DNA of 64,000 bases from contig MU058337.1 of the NCBI GenBank assembly GCA_013265495.1, positions 4,630,716 to 4,694,715 on the forward strand, given 5' to 3'. The notes below the pieces were generated by a model. The model saw only the letters and a list, made by a program, of their open reading frames with translations, made no database searches and was not told the DNA's origin. Below, one piece after another: positions 1 to 11,883 of the stretch. The stretch's first letter is position 1; each line of letters opens with the position of its first letter. The position numbers were made by a program, and so were the translations under genes. This DNA is from Vicugna vicugna. Its lineage: Eukaryota.

Positions 1-2457
1 GGAGGAAAGATGTGAAGAGGCATCAGGAAGGTTGGTGGGAGTGATGAGTTATGAGCCGGGCTTTAACGAGAAGGATGCTTGTTATCGCTGCATTCATAAA
101 ATAATCAGTGCTAGAATGCTTTATGTAATTTTAGTTTTTGAATATGACGTTTGTATTTCCTTCACACAGCAGATTTGAAATTATACAGGAATGTACCAGG
201 AAATAGAAGTATGTTTTAAAGGTAGATTAGCTAGCTTTAAAAGAGCTTGTTAAATAAAATTTCATTCCAAACACTTGAAAGATGAAATACATATACAAAC
301 AGAAGTTTGTCTGGGGATAAGATCAGCCAGCTTTTAAAGTTTAATTGCATTTCTGTATTTGGTTTCTGTATTTAGTTTTCTCCCTGATGTTCCTAAAATA
401 TTCCTGGGGGATACTCGTATTTCGTGCTACCCCAAGTGGATGTACTCTCAAAATCTGCCCTTCCTTGGACCCGGGAATTTTTGCTGTGTTGCCCAACTCA
501 CCTTGTTTGCTGCTTTCTTTTTTATGTGATACTTCTAGTCTCAAGGTTACATCTCGTGGGCAGCGCAGGGAGAAGAGAAAGGAGGAACCTTTGCCTTCCT
601 GAGACTTTGCTTCCTGGACACCACCCCCCTTCACTCACTCACTCAGCACCGTAGCACCTTTCTTTCTCTCCTCACCTCCCCTGAGCTGGAAGAGGTGAGG
701 ATGCCTGGGGAGCACGGGGTCGGGGGTGGAAACCCAGCAGCCCCAGCAGTTCTTTTCCTGTTTGATTTTCCTCTTGGTCTCCTGCCTACTTGCCAGCCGG
801 TATTTCTGGCAATAGTATGCTCAATAATGAAAACATAAGAAGTCCAGCCAAACCTACGGGCACACTGAAAATTGTAACCTTTAGACTTGCACGTTGCTAC
901 ATCCGAGGAAGCACTGGTTTTGGATCCTCTGTACTGCTTCATATTCCAGAGGGATAGTTAGCATCCATTCCTGCTCTCTCGACTTGTTTCTCAAGTGTAT
1001 TTCTATAAATGCCCTGTTTAAAAAAATTATTCCTCCAAATCATATTTCAGACAAAACCACACTAACTTTTAAAGGACATTTTTTTCTGAGGGGGCAGTGA
1101 ATAGCTGAATTTGTAAATAACCGTTTAACTCCATTCGTTGTATCCTTAGAGCATTTTGCTGTTCATTTCACTTAGAAAATTCTAACAGTTTGGTACTATT
1201 CAACTTTGATTAGAATGAGTTTTCTACCGATGTAGAAAGAAGCAGCTTTGTCACCATCACTGAGAAAGATGGATTCTCTTGGGAAGGATAAAGTATATCT
1301 TAGTGATCTTGCTTTTAACATGACAGACGAAACAGACTCACGTGCGGGGTAATCGTCTGGTGCAGAATTTATTAGCTAGAGGCCAAGGGCAAAGTACCTC
1401 TCATTTATTCCGTTCTCATCTTCACTCCTACTTAGAGTTCTTTGGAAATAGACTCACTTCATTTTGAGGAAATGATAACTGTTTTCCCAGACACTGAATT
1501 TAAAACAAACATTTTCAGTCTCCTTTGTTCTTGGGGATTTTTATTTCCTGTTTTCACAGGATGAGTTCACTGTTCATCTAAGAAGGAACTTAGACGAATT
1601 TGCTTCTTATGAGCAGCCCAGTATAATTAGGCAATTGCCCTTGTGTCTGGAGTCCATTGGGGATAAAGGTAACAGAATTGCACAATGGGTTCATTATAAA
1701 ACAGTGCAAAATAAAAACCTGAACTTACCAGTTAAACAAGAGACAGCCAAAAATGTACTGTAAATTATTCATGCAGGAAAGATGAAAGTAAAAATCATCT
1801 TCAACAGAATGCCTTGGTTAGTCAATTGGGATCAGTGGTAATTAGTTAATTAAAAAGATAAGTTAATAAAAGGCAGTAAACAGGGCAATTATTAAAGATG
1901 ATACACATGTGCCTTAAGCATTTTATTTTATATTAAATATATAAATGCTCATTCAACAGTCCTTTGAGATAGCCTCATGGTGTTTTCTTTGATTATGGTT
2001 GAACTGATTTGAATTCCTGCAGAAATCACACCCACGATCTATGATTTCTAATGTTGGTGTCTTTAAGTGGAGCAGGACTTGAAGGATGTAAGTAATCTGA
2101 GTGCAGTATTCTTCTTGATTTTCCTGACATTTTCTTCCAGTCTTTTCTGGTACAAGAACATACATCTTCCAAGGAGTATTTTTAGCCATTTACCTTTCTT
2201 TATCCAGTTTTTTCAAATCATTCACTCTATTTTTTCATAGAAATAATGACTCTCTCTTTTTCAGTTATACTTGTAACTTCAGAAATAATTAAATTACACA
2301 ATTAAAATAACAAGTACAATTTGTGTAAACAAGATTGGGGGCATGTGTTAGTAAGAACAGAACTCCACTGCATGGATGGTCTGTGAGGACATCCCAGCCA
2401 AGTGGTCAGCTTCCTGTGGGCATCCCTCACATTCCTCTGTAGAACAGAAAAAATTTT

Positions 2458-3080
2458 ACTTAGAATGACATTCTCCAGGGACATCCATGTTGCTGCAAAA
2501 GGTGTTATGTTGTTATTGTTTATGGCTGAATAGTATTCCATTGTATAAATATACCACATCTTCTTTATCTAGTCATCTGTTGATGGAAATTTAGTCTGTT
2601 TCCATGTCTTGGCTATTGTCAGTAGTGTTGCTATGAACACTGGGGTGCAGGTGTCTTTTTGAAGTAGGGTTCCTTCTGGATATATGCCCAGGAGTGGGAT
2701 TACTGGGTCATATGGTAAGTCTATTCCATAGGAGATCACTCATATGTGGAATCTAAAAATAAAACAAAACAAAACAAAAACATAAATACAAAACAGAAAC
2801 AGATTCATAGACATGGAATACAAACTTGTGGTTGCCAAGGGAGAGGTGAGTGGGAAGGGATAGACTGGGAATTCAAAATAATTTGTATTGTAAAAAAAAT
2901 AGATAAACAAGATTATACTGTATAGCACAGGGAAATATATACAAGATCTTGTGGTAGCTCACAGCGAAAAAAATGTGACAATGAATATACGTATGTTCAT
3001 GTATAGCTGAAAAATTGTGCTCTACACTGGAAATTGACACTATGTAAAATGACTATAACTCAATAAAAACTGTTTAAAAA
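2458..3080 (+). mobile_element. Short young LINE-1 insertion with inverted 5' segment (2458-~2727 antisense, ~2726-3080 sense 3' UTR and A-rich tail)
   Basis: 2458-2727 is the reverse complement of the L1 segment at ~30052-30320 (minus ORF reads WYIYTMEYYSAI...FAATWMSLENVILS). 2730-3070 matches 30340-30635 in sense. AATAAA at 3062-3067. Confidence 0.9.
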
Positions 3081-3164
3081 TACAAGAAATTTTAAAAAGT
3101 GAGTTAATTCAATTATTCAAAGATATCAGTAAAATAAAAGGAATGACTTTTTACCTTTTTAAGA

Positions 3165-3735
3165 AAACTTTTATTTCAGGAGTTTTAGACTTACAAAAGT
3201 GTTGCAAAGACAGTACACAGAGTTCCTGTATACCCCACACCCAGTTTTCCCTTACTTAGCAGCTCACATTAGTGTGGTGCATTTGTTACAATTAATGAAC
3301 TAATATTTATGCCCTGTTCTTAATCCAAGTCTATACTTTTTATTAGGATGCCATTCATTTTCACTTAATGTTCTTTTTCTGCCCTGGGTTTCCATGAAGG
3401 AGACCTCATGACACTGAGTCGTCGTGTCTCCTTAGGCTTCTCTAGATTGTGATAGTTTTGCAAACATTCCTGGGTTTTGATGGCCTTGGCGGTTTTAAGG
3501 AGCACTGGTCAAGTGTTTCATAGAATGTTTCTCGGTTTGGATTTGTCAGACATTTTCCTCCCGTTTAGCCTGGGATTATGGGCTTTTGTGGGGAAGATCC
3601 CAGAGGTCAAGTGCCATTCTGTCACATCACATGAGGCACACCGGTCAGTACTCTCGATATAACTGGTCGCTGTTGATGTTGACCTTGATCCCCTGGCTGA
3701 GGTAGTGCAGTCAGGTTTCTCCTCCGCTGCATTTT
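3165..3735 (-). mobile_element. Old L1M (L1MB/L1MC-type) 3' UTR fragment
   Basis: Resembles recalled antisense L1M 3' end (tttagacttacaaaagtgttgcaaagacagtacacagagttcctgtatacccc...gttttaaggagcactggtcaagtgtttcatagaatg). Subfamily uncertain. Confidence 0.65.
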
Positions 3736-5715
3736 GTGATTTTTATGCTCGGATGGTTTGCTACGCTGAAATGGGAATGCATGCAGATAGATAACTTCTT
3801 TCAGCTGTGTTCTCTTCATGATAGAATTAGCTAGTTCGGCCTCCGTAGGAGGATTTTGTGAGTAGCTGAAAGAAATGCACTTAATGTCATCTTAGCACTC
3901 CTACTGAATTCTAGTTTCTGTCTTGTTTCATGTTTCTTGAGCTTTAGTATCTAACAGAAGGAAACACAGGCTCCAGAGATGATTTTTTGGCAGTGGTTTG
4001 GAAGGAAAATGGAACACTATGGTGGGACAATCATGCTTCTACAGTTGCATGATTCAGGATTTCAAGCTCAAGACTAAATGTGCCATTCCTTGGTTCAGTT
4101 TTATTTGAATCTGTGGTTAGCATTTTATGGCAGCTACACAATTTTCTTACTACTCTCAAGTGCATCTAGCAGAAATGTACTTGGTAATCACCGTGCAGCC
4201 TGTAAGTGGATGATCAAGGCCAAGTAAACATTGTTAAGTTCTTTGCCCAATTGTAAACCATCCCTAAGATGGCAAGTGAATCCAATATGGTGTAGAGAAA
4301 AGTTCTGTGCCATTGACCCAAGCTGCAAACCACAACCACTCATTTCTCATACTTTACAGAAGAGCTGCACAAAACCTGAGAAGAAAATCTTTTAATAAAG
4401 ACTCATACACCTACACTATGTCAATTTATTGGAAACGTTTTAACACAAAGAGATCTCTAAAACTCAGAGACCATCTGTTGCCTTTTGTGGGCCTGGAGAC
4501 ATTGTGAGGATGTTACACAAACTTCTTTTACCCAGAGTTCTGTGATGAGAATGAAAATCTTTCATTTTGGAATTGAAATTCATTTACCTTACTTAAAAAG
4601 TAATAGTTTCCTAAATCTCAGAAAAGAATGGAAACAGTGGTCCTGGCAGTTTAAACTCAGTCCTACAATATCAGTATGGAAGGAAACTAAGGCTGAGGCC
4701 AGTTCTTCTCAAGGTAGGTTTCCTCTCCCATTGCCCCAAAGGACTTTATTTTTCAACTCCCTCTTGGCTGAATGTAGAATTCATGCATCTGTTTCCTCAA
4801 TGTCTGCATCGCGTAGACAGCTTCCGTGTGGACTCAGCCTCCAGCAGACAACTGATGTGAATAGCTTACTGCCCAGGCAGGTGCTATCTTACTGTCCTGT
4901 TTTGGTGTCTTGGTTCTTTGCACGTTTCCAGGGTATTCACTTGCACTGATACCATAGTATGAAATGAAACGTTTTGGAAAGAAGCAGCACTGAGCTGTGA
5001 AAACACCTTTGGAAGGGAGGTCCTAAGACCTGGGTTTTGCATTTCTCTCTGGCACTTCTAATTCTAGGATCTAAAGATCCTAACTTTGACTCGTGGTTGC
5101 CTGGGGGAGGGGGAGGGGACAATTATAACTGCCTAGCTTATCTTTAGGAAGGTGGTTTTAAGATCTAGTGCATGGTAGTGCAAGTGCATTATAAAGCATG
5201 CAGTGCTGGAAAGTCAAAGGAAAAGAAAGAATGGGGGTCTGCTAAAGGGCAAGGGAAAGTCTGCAGGAACCCTTTCTACCTACACCACTGTTAGGTACCA
5301 CAGTGCTGGGTGTGGTGAAGACCTGTGCTGTTGAGAGAAAGTGGACCTGAGAGACAGAGGAGAGAGTGGATTTATCCATCCTGTTGAGAATGTCTCCGTG
5401 CCTTAAGCTTAGATGTACTCAAATGTACTTCCGTGGCATCAGAATTATGAGAAGTACAGTTAGTTGTTTAACAAAAGCCTGATGACAGTACTCAGGACAA
5501 TTAAGAATCCGCTATAGAAACTGGAAGTTGGACAACAGGGTTTATAGGGTGCTTCCTGGTTTTAAAATGCTATGTCTGGCCAACTTAATCAAACCAATGA
5601 CTTAAACGGAAGTAATCTACAGACCAGTAGGGGAAAAGCAAATAAGAACAGATATTTTAAAATATTTCGGATAATATGCATCACATTTAAATAACTTAAG
5701 CTTTCAAGAAGAGAA

Positions 5716-5880
5716 CATTAACGGAGAGCTCACTGGGTGCCAGACGTTGTTCTCTGTGCTACCCTGACCCGTCACCCCTCACAGCAACCTGATGAGGCAG
5801 ATAAGGAAGCTGAGAAGCAAAGAGCAGAAATGACTTGACTGAGGTCATGCATCTGGCTTTGGGGAACCAGGACTTGGAAC
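5716..5880 (-). mobile_element. MIR SINE fragment
   Basis: cacagcaacctgatgaggcagataaggaagctgag...tgacttgactgaggtca resembles the antisense MIR core. Confidence 0.6.
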
Positions 5881-6225
5881 AGGCCACCTAACTATAAATA
5901 TTAAACAAAAATGAAATTGGGAAGATGTTACTAATAGACTCAGGGAATAAAATAGCTGTTTGGGCAATTGGAAAAATAGTGACAGTAAAAAAGGAGGAGG
6001 GGTAACAAGTGGACAGCCCAGAACCGGCAGCTACTCCAGCGTTCAAGCACAGATGACAGCACAAGCCAAGGGAATGCCGTGGTATGCGGGGAACATCCTT
6101 GCAATTAACATTTGGAATGTATTTATTTTTAAAGTTAGTATTAGATAATTCATGGCTAATATTTAAACATTTTTTAGACAAGGCAACTCTAATAGCTATG
6201 CTAGTCATATTCAGGATATGTAGTT

Positions 6226-6533
6226 AAAAATCTTTTTTTATTGAAGTGTAGTTGATTTACAATGTTAGTTCCAGCTGCACAGCAAACTGATTCAGTTATA
6301 CGTACACACACACATAAATATATACACACATGTATTTTCAGATTCTTTTCCATTATAGTTTATTATAAGAAATTGAATATAATTCCTTGTGCTACACAGT
6401 AGGTCCCTGTTCTTTATCTATTTTATATATAGTAGTGTGTGTCTGTTAAACCCAAATGCCTGATTTATTCCTCCCTCTGTTTACCCTTTGGTAACGATAG
6501 TTTATTTTTTATGTTCCTGATTTTCTGTCTTGA
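6226..6533 (-). mobile_element. L1 3'-end insertion (artiodactyl-type) with 21-bp TSD
   Basis: T-run followed by attgaagtgtagttgatttacaatg...; similar to 51385-51661. TSD tc(a/g)tattcaggatatgtagtt at 6205-6225 and 6534-6554. Confidence 0.85.
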
Positions 6534-6949
6534 TCGTATTCAGGATATGTAGTTCTTTTTTTTTTTTAAATCTGTTTCTTAAAAAGGCCAATGGACCACA
6601 AAGATTAAGTAGTGGAGAAAGGGGCTATTATTTTAAGAAAATTAATTGTTAAATGCTAATAGGAAAAACACATGATCATATTGAGTAAATATGGTTTCTT
6701 ACTGACTTCAGTGCTTTTGTTAGACCAGGTCATTCATAACTTTGTGCCATAAGGTTTCTACTAAAGAAACCACTTGTGTTATGATGACATAAAAATTGCT
6801 ATGTTCCATTTGTTAATAATTCTTTTTCCTGATATTGTGGATGTTGAGGGTTTATTTCTTTCATTTTTAGCTTTCTACTTCTGCATTTCCCTCCCTGAAT
6901 ACGCTTGAAAAATTGCTGTACCTATGACAGGTTGTGCGACTTTTTTCCC

Positions 6950-7700
6950 CCTCTGTGTGCTCAATTTGTGTATTATTGTATCAGATGACATTTTAAATCA
7001 GCTGCTGCTAGTACCAAGCCGCTATCAGCAGCCAATGCCAAAAATACTCATTATAACACTTCTCAGCATGCAAGTGAGAGCACTTCAAATCACAGAGACA
7101 GAGTTTCCAGTCATTGTCCTTTTTTTTTTTTGCATATTGTACAGCAAAAAGAATGCAAAACAGAGGGAGATTTATTACAAAATAATGCCTTGGTAAAATG
7201 TTGTAAAACACACGAGTCACTATGAAGGTCGCGGGATTCAGCACCGCTTTAGAGATCCCGTCTCAGAGGCCAGCTCCTCTTCCTTGCTCTTTTCCCAGAT
7301 GGTTTTCAAGCGGCATGTTTTTTCAGTCTTTGATCGCATCAAAGTGCTAACTGTTTACACACCTGCAAGTAAGCAGTACCCTCAGCAGAGGACCAGGAGA
7401 GGCGCCGTGGAGCCGCCACGGGCCTCGGAAGCGGCCCCTTTGTGTGAACGTGCCGGGCAGGACAGATGTGGTGCTCGGGATGCAACCAGCGGATGGGAGG
7501 CAGGGAGGGCTTTCTTCTCTAACGAAGGACAATTAAAAAGCAAATTCAGTAAGGAAGGTTTGTCATTTTCTAATATTGACAGTGCTGAGCCTGCAACTGT
7601 CAGCAAATATTTTATAAATTAATTCATTTCACAAAGTGAATGCTGAGACTTGGTAGCCAACTGACAAGATGCCAGAAAGTGCCATGGCAGAGAAGAGAGG
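6950..7700. promoter_or_regulatory. Putative enhancer-like unique sequence (CpG-rich patch with TCF/LEF, FOX, MEIS and MAF-like motifs)
   Basis: CTTTGAT-cgc-ATCAAAG at 7328-7344, TGTTTAC at 7352-7358, TGACAG at 7577-7582 and CTGTCA at 7597-7602. Elevated CpG at 7200-7500. Motif evidence only. Confidence 0.35.
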
Positions 7701-10700
7701 GCTGTCAGTGGCATTTTCAAATACCTGACCCCCATGTGTCGCCGTCTTCTGGGGGAAGAAACACGGAGCCTGTTGTTTGCGGGGAAGGGGGAGGGAGGAG
7801 GGAGGAGAGGGGGTTACCAGGGATAGCAAAGTGGGGTTGGCGAGGAGACTGCAATCTGTTGATTCTTTTTCTCCTGCCTGAGTAACTGTGGGTTAATAAT
7901 CTCACCTCCCTTCTTCACTGACCCCAGAGAGACTGTGAGCAGAGGGCTGTGGAGGAGGGCAAAGGTCGTTTTCATTTCCGCTCAATGAATACGTGTTAGG
8001 TGCTCCCTGGATCTCTGGTTCCTGCACAGCGTCTAGCCGGGGGGGGGGGGCCAAGGTCACACGGGACCATGGAAGGAAATCAGGGCCATTGCTCTGGTCA
8101 GTACATTCAGAGGAGATGCCCAAACCACCCCTTGGCTCTCATTGCTGTCCTCTGCTTTGCCTGTCCTGCTGTTCTTTATATGGGTTGACTCCGTATTTTA
8201 AAAAATGTATTCATACAGAGATGTTTCTTATCCTGCTGTGTTTCAAGCTCACTGTTTTAGGTGAAGTGATTTCTTTTGTCTGGTGTATAATGTTTTGTTA
8301 ACTTCTGACTTGGAAATCACGAAGTCTCACCAAAGCCCTAAAGGAAACGCTAAGAATCCATGTTTACTGAATACTTAGTAAGTGTCTGACATTATAGTAA
8401 ATACTCCATATATGAAAGCTCAGAACAGGCTGATATGCATGTCTTTTAAAAAGTAATAATCTCCTCTATCTGTGGAAATGGTTTAGGATCTGATCTCATA
8501 TTTTCCTGTTACATTTGAGTTTCTGGAAGATAATAACATGAAAGATTTACCCTCAAGAAGAATAATACATTTAAATCTCCTGCTTTGAAAATGCGTAGAA
8601 TTTTCCACGTTTACTTTGCTCTGGAGTGTATATTATGAAATGTCTGGCAGGTGAGAGTTGACTTCTTTTAAACTCCATGAGTTTTTGCAAATGCATTTAA
8701 ATTCATAAAAGCAGTCCTTTCATCAACAACAACAACAAAGCCCCAGAAAATTTAGGTTTTTCTTCAGTGGAATATGATCAAGCCATTTTCAGAAATCTAT
8801 CAGTACATTTCTGGTGTGATGAAAGACTTAAGAATGGAAGGCTGCTTTAGCATTAACCACTGCTTCATGTTAAATAATTAAACACAAGCCAGAAGAACGA
8901 ATTTGCACTGGCTCTGCTCGGCTGGCCATTCTGCAGGAGTGGGACTGGGCAAAAGGGGCCCCCGGGTCACAAGCCAGGCTGGCTCTAAATCAGGTAACTG
9001 TGGAGTCAGCATTAATGTGCTGAGTCACCACAGTGACTCTGAGGCATTTTTCTCCTCTTTTAAGCGCTTCCACGATGTGCACAGAGAGAAGGCTGAATGG
9101 GCATCCTACAGGCAAACAGGAGGAGCAGCCTGGGCCCTTCCAGTCCCATTCGTGGTGGTCCAGAGCAGAGCAGGGGAGGAGCCCTGTTGGACCCATCCAG
9201 CTGCACTGCAGCTGCTGGTTTCTGGGCTCTCTTTTTTGCCAGCCTCATTCTTAGGCTCCCATTTTATTAAGATTAAGTCCTTGAAATTCTTACTCAGGTT
9301 CCCCAGTGTAGCTTGATAGCCTGTAGGACCCTCGTCTCAGTGGATGATAATTACCTGGTTCTAAAAAGTTTTATTTATCAGTCCATCCATTTTAATTTAT
9401 GTTTGTGTATTTATTTTCTTGAGTGAATAGATAACAAATTCTTGAGACAGGAAAGAAATAAGCTCCATTAGGCGACTTTGTGAAATGTTCCACACTTTTT
9501 TCCTCCCGAACATTCTGAACACACTAGCAAGTTCCTCTCTCTGGGTTCCACTGAGATCTCTAAATATAGTTTCTCTGCTCCGAAAGTAAGGATCAAGCCC
9601 ATGTATAAATTGCCCGGGGTGGTATTTGAAAGTTGTAAATTTCCAAAGAAGAAAATGCTTAGTTTTAACATTTACATGATAGTTTACTTAGGAATGAAGA
9701 TAATCCACAGGGTTATTTTGAGTTATTTGGTAGTCAAATAATTTCAACAGTTTTTAGCTAAAAAGTTAGAGAATCTGCATCAATTACTTTTTTTTTTTTA
9801 GCAAAAGCATCTTTTGAATGCTTTTAGAGTCAAGAACAGGAAAATATGCTACTTACTAAAAAATACTGTTGCTCAATTTTAATGCTCTCTTCGTTTTGAT
9901 TTAAAAATATTTTTAGTGAAAGTGATATAAAGTGAAAAAAGAACGTTATTTTCCAAAATGTTATTGGTTATATAACTTATATTTGATTTCAGCAGCATTG
10001 TATGTTCCACTGAAGGAAAACTGCAAACTATGTAGGTTCGCACAGTCCATAGAGCAGGTCTCTCCAAGACAAGGTGGTGGTTCTCTGCTGCTGATATGTC
10101 ATCTCTGGGGCACAGTCACTCTGGCAAGAGCTCACGACAACTGCATAGGCTGAAAATGACTATGGGACTTAAAGGTAGGATGTGGAGGGAATAGGCAGCA
10201 GAACTGCTAGTTAAGGGTGACAATGGCCTTAGACTTAGCTCCGGGTTGTCCACTACCACTCACTCTAGACATGAGTTCAAGGCTACAGCCACGTCTTGCA
10301 TATGCAGAGGGACACGATGTTACATAGAGGCTGGGCTCAGGCACAGCACTAGCATTTAATGGAAAAATTGGTTGTTGGCACCAGTACAAAGTAGATCAGA
10401 TCCAGACAGCCAAAGATGAGTGGTTTCTCTGAACCTTAGGGGTTGGTGACTACTGCTGCCAGAGGCTGGCCTAGAAAGGGAGCAGCTGTGACAGTTTTAA
10501 TAGTGTGCCCTGTGGCCTAATATTATTCTACATATTTAACCGTGCTTTTCCTTTGACAACTAAGTCACTTTCTAAATATCCTGCATTTAATGGAAACCCT
10601 TTAAGGTTAGCATATTTTGGACTCACTAGAGAAAGAGAGGGAAAAAAGGATGTCGACAAATTTGTTCTCCGGAAGTCATGAGAATCATAAATTATCAGCA

Positions 10701-10704
10701 ATGA

Positions 10705-11185
10705 TAATTTAATAAACGTGTTGAGCGCCTACCATGTCCAGAGAACTATGCAAGGCCTGAAGCTGTGTTGGCAAATGAACGGTGATGTAGAGTCTGTTCT
10801 TGAGGATCTTGTGGTCTAATGAGGGGTTAGCAAACACGGCCCACAGGCCAAACCCACCACCAACGGCTTCTGTAGGGAGCACTAGCTAAGACTGAAAAAA
10901 AATCAAAAGAAGACTCATATTTTGTGGTACGTGAAAAATTATATGAAATTTAAATTTAAGTGTACAGATAGTGAAATAAAGTTCTCTTGAAACATAACGA
11001 ATCACACTCATTTGATTACATATTGCCTGCAGCTCTTTTGTATTATAAAGGCCAACCTGACTAATTAGAGAGTGTTTGGTCCATGAAGCCTAAAATATTT
11101 AGTATCTGACTCTTAATCAAAAAAATTGTCAATGGGTTTTCTTTCTAGTGGGGTAGAAAGACATTAATCAGATTATCACACCGTA
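10705..11185 (-). mobile_element. L2 3' end interrupted by MER58B
   Basis: atttaataaacgtgttgagcgcctaccatgtccag... resembles the antisense L2 tail and resumes after the MITE (tctagtggggtagaaagacattaatcag). Confidence 0.55.
10822..11137 (+). mobile_element. MER58B-like hAT-Charlie MITE
   Basis: Starts ggggttagcaaacacggcccacaggccaaa, contains aataaagttctcttgaaaca and aagcctaaaatattt. Approximate 8-bp flanks gtctaatg / ttctagtg fit hAT target preference. Confidence 0.75.
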
Positions 11186-11758
11186 GGATATGCATGTGGA
11201 GGTGCTGGGCAGGAGGGGTGTGCAAACATATGAACTTGTCTAATGGGACCTAGGAATTAATGATGGTAATGTAGACCCCATGGTGGCCTGAATACCCTCA
11301 TCACTGTTTGTTTAATTTGCAGGCCTCACAAGAGCCTGCCCTCAAGGAGTGATAAACAAATTAAAATTGGTAGCATAATTCTAGTAATACTAAATGTTTA
11401 GGGATTTCTGACCGAATCCCTTCCAATCTGGTGATCTGGTGTTGCAGTCTTGTCAGGCAAAAGGACCAGAAATGAGTTGAATGACACCTTATAATTCTCA
11501 GGCCTTCATTGGCTAGTCTTGGCACTTACCGGTGCTGCGATTGAAGAAGAAAACTGACAAGTTCGTAGTATTTTTAAGAAAAATGTTGAAGAATAGACAC
11601 TTTTAAAAATGAGAACAGATAGCTCCTGTTCAGGACGTGAAATGATAGAAATATATTGTACTCCATAAATGAGCAAAAGGTGCTCATTTTTGTGTTATGA
11701 AATGGTTATTTAAAATTTATAAGAGTAATACTTTTCTTCTGAGGGATTCAAAGTACTT

Positions 11759-11883
11759 TCTATTATTATTTAATTAATTTACTGATTTATTAAAAAAATT
11801 TTTTAAATGGAGGTACTGGCGATTGAACCCAGGACCTTGTGCATGCTAAGCATGTGCTCTACCACTGAGCTAGACCCTCTCCC
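11759..11883 (-). mobile_element. tRNA-Ala(AGC)-derived SINE (camelid Vic-1 type)
   Basis: Minus strand reads gggagagggtctagctcagtggtagagcacatgcttagcatgcacaaggtcctgggttcaatcgccagtacctcca plus an AT-rich tail, with A and B boxes. TSD tcaaag(t/a)actt at 11748-11758 and 11885-11895. Confidence 0.88.

Noticed and set aside
11808..11879. Possible tRNA-Ala gene (also ~52908-52978)
   Set aside because: Flanked by TSDs and AT-rich tails, with stem-disrupting changes and extra 5' bases. These are SINEs.
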